Virus record (IMG/VR): IMGVR_UViG_3300036769_000253 | From: a virus | Lineage: Duplodnaviria > Heunggongvirae > Uroviricota > Caudoviricetes | DNA: 64,000 bases | Direction: 5' to 3' (one strand) | In this document: positions 39,201 to 46,693 of the stretch, one piece after another | Position numbering within the stretch: the stretch's first letter is position 1 | How the letters are laid out: the number at the start of each line of letters is the position of its first letter | Notes under the pieces: generated by a model | The model's database searches: none | Seen by the model: only the letters and a program-made list of their open reading frames with translations | Told to the model about the DNA's origin: nothing | Position numbers and translations under genes: made by a program

Positions 39201-42200
39201 ACCAATTCTCAATTCTATCTACGCTATAGAATGGTGCGTGCTCAAGCTTTGTCCAAGAAACTCCATCTGTAACACCTTTAAGATGTTTATATTTCATAAC
39301 GATATAAGAATCTTTGAAATATTTATAGAAGTTATTCCAAAGGACACTATCTGATGTAGAGAAGTTTCCATCTTCTGTTGCATCCACGTTATATTCAAAT
39401 GAAGGAATACCAGTATTGTTAATACCTAACTGAGTATCAAGATCATAGAAAATTGGATACCAGATGTAATCTCCACCGTCTTTTTGCGGGCCCCAAGAAG
39501 CCATCATACAGTTCTTTCCACGAGAGTCATAACATTCCATAACCTCAGTAGCTACGAAATAAGTTGCTACATATTCAATATCAAAGTGAGAAGATAATTC
39601 ATAAACGAATTTATCTGCACGATATTCTTTTGTATCAAACTTATAAACATGTTTACCATAAGTAACGTCTTTTCCGATATAATACTTACCAGGCTCATAA
39701 GTGTCTTCTGTTACTTTAACTACCTTAGTAGCTAAGTCAGAACCAGTTACAGAACCATCATAGGCATAATATGTTTGGCTTGGATCAAATATTTCATCAT
39801 TGCAAACTTCAACAAGTCTATCTGCTATTTTAGCTAATTCTTCATCACTGAAGTCAATTAACTTGTAATATGTTTCAGATTCATCAAATTCACTAGTTTC
39901 ACCAGATAATACGTATTCACCATTAACGATTGTATAGAATGTACTTACTTTGAATAAATTCTCTGATGAACAAGCATACGCGTTTACATAAGATCCATCT
40001 TTAGCTTGTGAATAATATGTTAAAGAATCATCACATTCTTTTGCAGTTGAAAGAACGTAATCGTTTTCTGTCTCATCATAGATATAGAATTCATTAGGCT
40101 GATAGAGCTGTTTTCCTACGTTAGTTTCAACATAATTGCCTTGGCTTTTTACATTTTCAGTACAGGTTGACCATACCCATTTAACAGCTTTTTCCCAGTT
40201 GCTGTATAAGTCTAATAGTAATTCTTGTCCATCTGTTGGATCCTGTTTAATGTAATAATCTGGGAAGCTCTCATTAACAGTTTTTTCGTCTTCATCAGAT
40301 GCAGAACTTAAAGCAACGAGAATGTCAAGAATGTCATCATTTGCATTATAACGATACTCAAAACTATCAGCAACTACTGGCGCATTAGCTGAGGTGAAAC
40401 CACTACTTCCTGCGCTTTCTGGAGCTTTGAAGGATAATTCTCTTCTTCCCCAAGGATCTCTAAATGAACAAAATCCACGAGCGTTATTTTCAAATTCCCA
40501 ACATTCAGCTTTCTTACTAATTGCTTTATTCTTTAAGAATTTCTGTGTAAGAGTTTTATCTGGTTTAAATCCATAAACTTCATCAGATCCTTTATCCAGA
40601 AGCATGTTATACATACCAATGTACTGATAAGTTCCATCTGATTTCTTATGGAAAGCTAAAACTCTATAACCTGTAATACAGGTTCTATAGTCATCAAGGT
40701 CTTTAAATGTATAATCCTCATATTTTGGATTAGATACATAATAGTCAGTAACATTATTTGCATCTACTGTATCTTTTGTCTTAGAATACTTATTAGAAGA
40801 TGCATCATACTGATAATATGTTTCACCCTCTTTAAAGCTTGTAGCTTTATCATAATTTTCAACTTGCTTCTGGAATGCTCCCGCATCGTTGTAATCTTTT
40901 AAAGGATGTTTAGAATAACCATTATGAATTAAGCTTGTAAAGCCCATATTATAAGTTCCAGAAGACTCCATGTAGTCAATCTTCATAGTGAACTTAGTTG
41001 TACCATTTGTATAGTTATCCATGTAGAAGAATTTCTGACGAGTATTTTCTGAATCCTCTGCATAATCTGCAGCGAATGGACCTTTATGTAAGAAGATATG
41101 AATTCTATCTACACCATCTTTATCTGTATTCTTAGTCTTTAATTTATAGTTACGTCTTGGATAGAACTCTGAAGATGTTCCTTGAACAGCCATGCTGATA
41201 TTATCGCCAATAAAGCTTGGGCAATGATGCTGATAATATTTCTTAACAGCTGCTTCTTTTTCTTCTGCGCTAGAATTAGCGGTACATAAACCATCTTCAA
41301 TAGCATATTTCTCTAACTCGCCATTAGCATATGCTCTATCAAGACCGGTATTAATGAATTCAACACCAATATTAATTTTAGTTTTCTTAGAATAAGAAAG
41401 CTTATCATTATTTCCAGTTGCACTTGTATCAAAAATGATATAAGGCATTAAAGGAGCACTTGGATGTTCATCATTATACTTAATCATGTTATCATATTTA
41501 AACTGATATTCATGAATTGCAGTATTTTCTTCTGCAAGTTTATTTTGATCGTAAATAGTTACATTTTTTAAATCTACTGAGTAGTTAGTAACAATATCAT
41601 TTACATTTAAGTCTGTATTATAAACTCTAATTTTGTATAAGTCAATATCGCAATAATTAGAATTAAATACAATCTTATTTGAGTTAATTGTGAATAGACC
41701 GATTGTTGATTTAATAACACCAGTTAAAACACCATTAATATAAATATACATCATCTGGTCGCTACCATGAGAGTATACCATAGAAATATTGATTAACTGA
41801 TCCTCAACATAACTTACGTTTACAGTATTTGTTCCATTAGAAAAGAATGCATCTTGCGGTCCAAGACAGATTCCTACAGCTCCACTTTCGTCACCTGAGT
41901 AATAACTACAAGCAACTCGATTTAAGCTAATCTCTTTCTGAACTCTACTAAACTCAAGATCATCATAATCTACCTGTTGATCTTCACTTACAGTTGCATT
42001 GTAAAGAGGAAGGTAATAATGAAGGAATGAATCGTAGTTAGTATAGTAAGACTGCGCTTTAAATGCTGTATAGAATTTATCATCACCATTGTAACGTGTT
42101 ACGTTATGAATCAAGCTTGAGTAATCCTGTACATTACGAACTCTGAATTGAATTTCAATAGAGTTAGACTGTTTAGAAATATCAGTTGAACCATAAGTTA

Positions 42201-43770
42201 ATGTTCCAATAGGAATAGAAAATTCTGCTCCATTACTAATACGTAAACAAGTATTATTGTCATCATCAAGAACCCAACCATTATTATACCAGTTGAAATC
42301 CTTAAATGTAGCTTTAATAGAACCATCATCAGTAGTCCATGTTTCACGATTAACTGCGGATTCACTATTTGAACGACCCTTTGCGTCAAAGTTCAATTTC
42401 AAGGACTCTTGTTTAACAACTTCCATTGTTCTGTTCGGGTCTTGAACTACAGTAAAGGTAATATCTCTTGTTATGTCGCCGCAAGAAATAGAATATCTAT
42501 TTACCATATCCAAATCTGCATCTGCAATTTCAAAGATATTCCAAGAACTCATTGTAGTAGTATCAATATCACGAGGAGAACTTGCGATTTCCTTACCATT
42601 TTTTCTTAATACGATGTGCGCAGAGGCTGTGCTTGAAGGATCGTATACCAAGAATGGAATTTGAATTGTATCATAATTATAATACTCTTCATTATAAGTT
42701 CCCAACCAAATTACCGGATCTGTATTACCTGTTGCGAATACACCAATTTCAAATTCTATTGGATCTACCATCAATCCTCTAGACCATGTATTACTTACGA
42801 CAATAGCTTGATATAATTCAATACGAACTGAATGATAACCATGTGTTGCATAACTAGAACTTACAGTATAGCTCTGGAAGTTTTCAGATGAAGAAGTTAA
42901 TTTTTTAGATTCAACTAAAGTTCCATCAAAATAGAAATCAAGAATTTTATTCATACTTCCGATTGCATTACACTGTAACTTAACATTATCTGGTGTATAA
43001 CGTGCGGTTGCTGAGAAATTTTGAGACTGAGTTAATGATAACTGTCCAGTAACAACATCAACGCTCTTAGAAGCACTCTCACCACTATTAATACCACTAG
43101 CATACATAGTTAAACGAGATGATGTTGATTCTCTTAATTTTTCGCCTAACTCAAATTCTGTTAATTCACCAGAGTTAACATCCATTTGGCCTTCACTATA
43201 TTTAATATAAGTTGAATCAACTTTTTCATATAGAGTCCAATGAACTATTAATTTATCATCCATAACAGAGCCATCATAATCAACTCCAGAATTTGCAGTA
43301 AAGTATACTCCAAAAGACTGACCATTGATTAGATTACTTGTTGACAATGGCTGAATGGTAATACCAATTTTCTTAGATAAACTAGATGTACCACCGCCAC
43401 CTGATCCACCACTTCCGCTTACTGCGAGAATTGCGCAAAGCATAGAGCGTGAATCAGAATCCGCTTCCATAACTCGATAGAAGATTCCATCTTTATTTAA
43501 AATAAGATCTCCTTCTTTTGGAGTTACATCATCCTCAAGATCATCAAAACTCAAAGTGTAAAAACCTTGTTCATCTGGACTGATGGTATCAGCTTTACCA
43601 TATAATAAAGCAACACCACTACCGCCCATAGAAATACGAGTATTTTGATCTAAGTCTAAATAAATTCTTCCGGTATCAGTTGCAAAATAAACATATCCTG
43701 GCGTTTTAGAAGCGCTTAAGATTTGCTCTTCTGTACCATTGACCGGTCTAAATTTAGTCTTATCTGTCAT
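36256..43770 (-). CDS. Giant multidomain protein (~2500 aa): fibre-type N-terminus, LamG-like, CotH-like kinase, LRRs, B-repeat-like, BspA-type LRRs
   Basis: Likely start at 43770 after GAAAGGAG. QGTSS..YPRRNYK, DSRGKN and YDLD motifs; IYINGVL/LYKIRVYN; YDFHGWST; IGSNAF.GC..L repeats. Confidence 0.75.
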   Translation of the reverse strand: MTDKTKFRPVNGTEEQILSASKTPGYVYFATDTGRIYLDLDQNTRISMGGSGVALLYGKADTISPDEQGFYTLSFDDLEDDVTPKEGDLILNKDGIFYRVMEADSDSRSMLCAILAVSGSGGSGGGGTSSLSKKIGITIQPLSTSNLINGQSFGVYFTANSGVDYDGSVMDDKLIVHWTLYEKVDSTYIKYSEGQMDVNSGELTEFELGEKLRESTSSRLTMYASGINSGESASKSVDVVTGQLSLTQSQNFSATARYTPDNVKLQCNAIGSMNKILDFYFDGTLVESKKLTSSSENFQSYTVSSSYATHGYHSVRIELYQAIVVSNTWSRGLMVDPIEFEIGVFATGNTDPVIWLGTYNEEYYNYDTIQIPFLVYDPSSTASAHIVLRKNGKEIASSPRDIDTTTMSSWNIFEIADADLDMVNRYSISCGDITRDITFTVVQDPNRTMEVVKQESLKLNFDAKGRSNSESAVNRETWTTDDGSIKATFKDFNWYNNGWVLDDDNNTCLRISNGAEFSIPIGTLTYGSTDISKQSNSIEIQFRVRNVQDYSSLIHNVTRYNGDDKFYTAFKAQSYYTNYDSFLHYYLPLYNATVSEDQQVDYDDLEFSRVQKEISLNRVACSYYSGDESGAVGICLGPQDAFFSNGTNTVNVSYVEDQLINISMVYSHGSDQMMYIYINGVLTGVIKSTIGLFTINSNKIVFNSNYCDIDLYKIRVYNTDLNVNDIVTNYSVDLKNVTIYDQNKLAEENTAIHEYQFKYDNMIKYNDEHPSAPLMPYIIFDTSATGNNDKLSYSKKTKINIGVEFINTGLDRAYANGELEKYAIEDGLCTANSSAEEKEAAVKKYYQHHCPSFIGDNISMAVQGTSSEFYPRRNYKLKTKNTDKDGVDRIHIFLHKGPFAADYAEDSENTRQKFFYMDNYTNGTTKFTMKIDYMESSGTYNMGFTSLIHNGYSKHPLKDYNDAGAFQKQVENYDKATSFKEGETYYQYDASSNKYSKTKDTVDANNVTDYYVSNPKYEDYTFKDLDDYRTCITGYRVLAFHKKSDGTYQYIGMYNMLLDKGSDEVYGFKPDKTLTQKFLKNKAISKKAECWEFENNARGFCSFRDPWGRRELSFKAPESAGSSGFTSANAPVVADSFEYRYNANDDILDILVALSSASDEDEKTVNESFPDYYIKQDPTDGQELLLDLYSNWEKAVKWVWSTCTENVKSQGNYVETNVGKQLYQPNEFYIYDETENDYVLSTAKECDDSLTYYSQAKDGSYVNAYACSSENLFKVSTFYTIVNGEYVLSGETSEFDESETYYKLIDFSDEELAKIADRLVEVCNDEIFDPSQTYYAYDGSVTGSDLATKVVKVTEDTYEPGKYYIGKDVTYGKHVYKFDTKEYRADKFVYELSSHFDIEYVATYFVATEVMECYDSRGKNCMMASWGPQKDGGDYIWYPIFYDLDTQLGINNTGIPSFEYNVDATEDGNFSTSDSVLWNNFYKYFKDSYIVMKYKHLKGVTDGVSWTKLEHAPFYSVDRIENWYTTNPYCSEEVMTTNNNAKKVQSFAKLGERPLIAVNLDEYYKYITICNSSSYQNGVTGHIGTAGDYTYDANGTYFYALQGDRSLSRQQFLTNRLEYIDSWLNQGNYQRGGANRVRGRVAANNSNKTSDIWVETDKEPYYKEDGTKSNLFDAEYWLNLTPIRSSYVTVSDDNEAYPSQKYDGVNPVKFNIDAIEQGVRKSANYPEQLLYIYGLNQMADLGDMSNLYWQEFEISGNASKLTRLLLGYDGVDESGNKWKNNNVNQFSIPSSKSSSGMPLLKEANFSNISVNGQSPVLDFTSCEKMQNFRATGSNFTEIKFAEGVALHTLYLPSSITTLSLTEANLLTNLITDYQVPQRDDNGNLVAEKGLYIQGMFEGQGDTVIDNLSLLGGNLGYDSYKLLAKYFELRRRQTASISKIAMTNVDWCPYKQLVEGDSYDISNSDAYYIDNGHYGFDKYTYNAATFQTQVLNGELYKLDSSIPEEDINQIADVEMLRTFIDNGLYTGTAEGSTIPNLTGIIYVNNDTALGELFIKDTLVKAFPSLTFFFKNVNKAYSAKFIIQEDDGTYTYVDHADTKVTEKSVQKVSSGEFFTNPYKMYNPVKDNYDFHGWSTTNDTTGLISSADATAEEQQAAWDELTLDNDVYDYTFYAVFTIHKWNIRFLSGTKTDNLTLIAEYQVPHGDVLYTPSVLATLDESALPDDQRYKFLGYTQNLANVIAASADTAKLTSVTNMLSTQDTDFYAVFTQESVFTSTTDFKYLKFSKTSYTDPYDSSYSATGYMVRPADGYSLSGKITLPTEYDGQPIISVGGFGSMDITHVYWYGTPQVVSIGSNAFNGCKKLVYFQFPGTVRFITGSAFVGCNQLKLFDFGNILCYIGELAFNMTFNSSTKTEKLRIPGTVREIGNYAFAYNDNMRGIATLQFGGPGDPTQITAIGGNSKAFIQNSGAKIENVVVYTSDGTISDNLMSLINKGVEYEGTISVVMA

Positions 43771-43818
43771 ACGGATTTTATTCTCCTTTCTATCATTATA
43801 TATCATATATAAAAAGAA

Positions 43819-43847
43819 AAAGCCGAAGAGAGATAATCTCTTCGGCT
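43819..43847 (-). terminator. Intrinsic terminator
   Basis: 12-bp stem AAGCCGAAGAGA/TCTCTTCGGCTT, then a T tract on the minus strand. Confidence 0.85.
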
Positions 43848-43887
43848 TCTCACCTCTCTAATTGATCTAAAAATTAAAAATTATAGA

Positions 43888-45585
43888 TTATTCGAAACTG
43901 CCCCAAACCATATCAATTTGTAGACCTTGTCTTGTTGTAGTACTCGATGAATTCTCACCAATAGTGTCATTATCAGTGATAGATAAACTACTACTAGCAA
44001 TATTTACATAAGCTGTTCCAGTAGATATTTCATTGTTAAGCGTGTTTCTTAATGCAATTTTAGTCTTAATATTACCAACATTTGTTCCACTTTTTGTGAA
44101 AGCTGTAGTTGTAACTTCTGGAGTACTCAAAGATGCATTAGTATCTGTTAATGTATATTTTGTTGTTTCAACTCCGGTTATATGTCCAGCGCTATCAGAT
44201 GTTACTCCTGTAACAGCTTGAATAATAAGTGATTCTGCCGGTATTTGACCTTCTGCTGTAATAGCAGATTCAGTACGAGTTGTATTTGCGTGAGCTACTG
44301 TGATAGTCTGAGTAAGTGGATCATCGTTGCTATTTTTTCCACTTACTGTCATATTAGCTCCAGGAACTACTTGAATAGTACCAACTGCTGCATTCATACT
44401 ATTTGTTAAGGCAAATCCTGCACCATTAGCTACAGTTGAATTAAGTAAACGATAAGTTGTATCAGTATCATTTGTCGATTCAACAATATCATAGGTTAAT
44501 TTTGAAGCATCAATATAACCGTTACTACCTTCTGTACCATCTGAACTACGCGCAATTAACAAAGTACCTTTAGTTAAGTTAACACTTCCGTATTTTAAAT
44601 CACCACAAAGTAAGAAAGTATCTCCAATAGATACGCCAGAGGCTGGAATAGTTGTACCTGCACTACCTTCTGTACCATCAGAATTAGTACCTATAGTACC
44701 TTTATATGTCATTGCATTAAGGGCTTTCATTGTATCATCAATTTCACCCTTAGTATAAACGTCTAAAGTAGCTGTACCATTTTCAAATTCAACTGTGACT
44801 GGCGTTTTACCATATTTGATAACTGGAGAAAATGTTCCACTAACAGTTTTTCCAAAAGAATCTGCTACAGCAACTGTAAATCCTTTAGTGGTGACATCCT
44901 TAATACCATTCTCAACTGTTAAAGATGCGTTCGTAGAATCTTTTGCGGCAATAGTTACAGTTTTATTTGTAGAATCATTTGTTAAAGTAACATTATTACC
45001 TTGTTTTAAAGTTACTTTAGTGTCATTACTAGTATTAGCTGAATCAAGTTTAATGTCAACTTCACCAGTATTTGTACCTGCGGCATTTGATAAAGTATAT
45101 TTATCTCCTGTGATAGTTAACGCAGACCCGGTCCCAGTGATTTTAATTCCATCTTTTCCTGTTACTGTAAAACTAGCTGATTGACTAGCATTATTATTAC
45201 TCGTAACAGTATGTGTAACTGTACCAACATCATTTGAAGCACTTACAGCAGCCGTGTGTTTGGTTATATATGTATTTGAGTTAATTTGAACCCATTCGTT
45301 TCCGTTGTATACGCATAAAATATTATCCGTAGAAACATAGTAAAATCTACCCGCATTTGCAGTTTTTTCTTCTCTATCTTTAAAAATTGGTAAATCATCA
45401 ATTGTTGCAACAGTTATGACACCCTCGTTCACAGGAGCAAGGGAAGTGTCCTGTTTACCAATATATAGACGGTTAGTATCTGAGGTTAAATAAAAAGTAC
45501 CTTCTATGGCACCCGCACTGGTACCAGCAGCAATAAGTTCATCAACCTTAGATTGTGGACCAAGTGTAAAACCTACATTAGCCAT
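43888..45585 (-). CDS. Tail fibre-like protein (565 aa)
   Basis: Fibre-type N-terminus (GTFYLTSDTNRLYIG); T/S/G-rich beta strands; DSAGHI motif. Confidence 0.7.
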   Translation of the reverse strand: MANVGFTLGPQSKVDELIAAGTSAGAIEGTFYLTSDTNRLYIGKQDTSLAPVNEGVITVATIDDLPIFKDREEKTANAGRFYYVSTDNILCVYNGNEWVQINSNTYITKHTAAVSASNDVGTVTHTVTSNNNASQSASFTVTGKDGIKITGTGSALTITGDKYTLSNAAGTNTGEVDIKLDSANTSNDTKVTLKQGNNVTLTNDSTNKTVTIAAKDSTNASLTVENGIKDVTTKGFTVAVADSFGKTVSGTFSPVIKYGKTPVTVEFENGTATLDVYTKGEIDDTMKALNAMTYKGTIGTNSDGTEGSAGTTIPASGVSIGDTFLLCGDLKYGSVNLTKGTLLIARSSDGTEGSNGYIDASKLTYDIVESTNDTDTTYRLLNSTVANGAGFALTNSMNAAVGTIQVVPGANMTVSGKNSNDDPLTQTITVAHANTTRTESAITAEGQIPAESLIIQAVTGVTSDSAGHITGVETTKYTLTDTNASLSTPEVTTTAFTKSGTNVGNIKTKIALRNTLNNEISTGTAYVNIASSSLSITDNDTIGENSSSTTTRQGLQIDMVWGSFE

Positions 45586-45608
45586 ATATTTTTACTCCTC
45601 TCTTTTTT

Positions 45609-46595
45609 TTAATCTTCTTCAACTAAGTCTTGCCATTTCAATCTTTCATCAATAGCATCGACTCGTTTATCTAAGTCTTTCATTTCGGTGCTTAGATCAC
45701 CAACAGTGGCTTGCAATATACTAAAGTTAGCAATCAGACCTGGATTTTCATCTGTGCCATCACCATACAATTCCACTTTCAAATTAGATGTAGTAGCAAT
45801 CAGACCAATTTTATCATCAGTGCCATCTCCATATAATTCTGTTTTTAAATCAGAAGTAACAGCAACTAAGCCAGGCTTATCATCAGTGCCATCTCCATAT
45901 AATTCTGTTTTTAAATCAGAAGTAACAGCAACTAAGCCTTGAGTCTCATCATTTCCATTAACAATTAAATCTAAACTATCAACTTTTTTAAGGATATTAG
46001 ATAAATCACTAACTTCTTCATGCTCTGCGATCCAATCCGAAATTTCTTTTAAAGTGTCAAAATCTTCTGGCGCATTTGCTACGATTTTGGCAACTTCAGA
46101 AGCAGCTATATCTCGAATTGTTTTACCAGTATCGCTACCAATTAATCCATTTATAGTTGCGGTCAATGTTGATGTAGGATCAGCCCATTCTCCATTTCCT
46201 TGTAAGAATAATGTTTCTTGACCGGCTTTAGGAGTAGGAACTAATCCAGATCGGCCATCTGTCGTAGAAGTGGCTCCTTGCATTACTGAAACTATATCAT
46301 AAAGAATAGAAGTTAATGGTTTATTTTCCCATTTACCAGTAGTATCATTATAAACAATAACTGAGTTTCCAGGAATCGTTGTAGCAAGTGCTACATCTGA
46401 TAGATCTTTTAAAGAAGAAGAACCAGAAATAGCTCCACTAATTAACTTTTCTCCAAGGTATAATTTTCCAGTAGTAGCATCTGTCTCAGAAATAAAATAA
46501 AGAGTATCTTTATCTTTCTCAGCCAGGCTATTCCAAGCGTCAGGAGTTCCACGTAAAAATTTTACATATCCAGTATATTTAGATACATATGCCAA
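45609..46595 (-). CDS. Tail fibre-like protein with tandem repeats (328 aa)
   Basis: VKFLRGT...DTLYFI...GKLYLG N-terminus; APEDFDTLKEISDWI motif; 22-aa repeats. Confidence 0.7.
   Translation of the reverse strand: MAYVSKYTGYVKFLRGTPDAWNSLAEKDKDTLYFISETDATTGKLYLGEKLISGAISGSSSLKDLSDVALATTIPGNSVIVYNDTTGKWENKPLTSILYDIVSVMQGATSTTDGRSGLVPTPKAGQETLFLQGNGEWADPTSTLTATINGLIGSDTGKTIRDIAASEVAKIVANAPEDFDTLKEISDWIAEHEEVSDLSNILKKVDSLDLIVNGNDETQGLVAVTSDLKTELYGDGTDDKPGLVAVTSDLKTELYGDGTDDKIGLIATTSNLKVELYGDGTDENPGLIANFSILQATVGDLSTEMKDLDKRVDAIDERLKWQDLVEED
45745..45938. repeat. In-frame 66-bp tandem repeat (about 3 copies)
   Basis: Identical 62-bp blocks at 45811-45872 and 45877-45938 plus a diverged copy at 45745-45810; encodes DLK.ELYGDGTD..PGL. 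Confidence 0.9.
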
Positions 46596-46657
46596 AATAT
46601 TTTCCTCCTTTACTGCTCTCTCCTAATATTTATTAAAACTAAAACTTATAAATTAAT

Positions 46658-46684
46658 AAAGCCTGGCCAATGAGACCAGGCTTT
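46658..46684 (-). terminator. Stem-loop terminator after the 1814-aa gene
   Basis: AAAGCCTGG-(9 nt)-CCAGGCTTT with AT-rich flanks. Confidence 0.6.
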
Positions 46685-46693
46685 TATTAAATA

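Noticed and set aside
28397-43770. Diversity-generating retroelement targets in fibre C-termini
   Set aside because: No reverse transcriptase and no template/variable repeat pair differing only at adenines was seen in this window; it cannot be excluded elsewhere in the genome.
45745-45942. CRISPR-like array or 84-aa plus-strand ORF
   Set aside because: Repeats are contiguous and in-frame with no unique spacers; the opposite-strand ORF is a shadow of the coding repeat.
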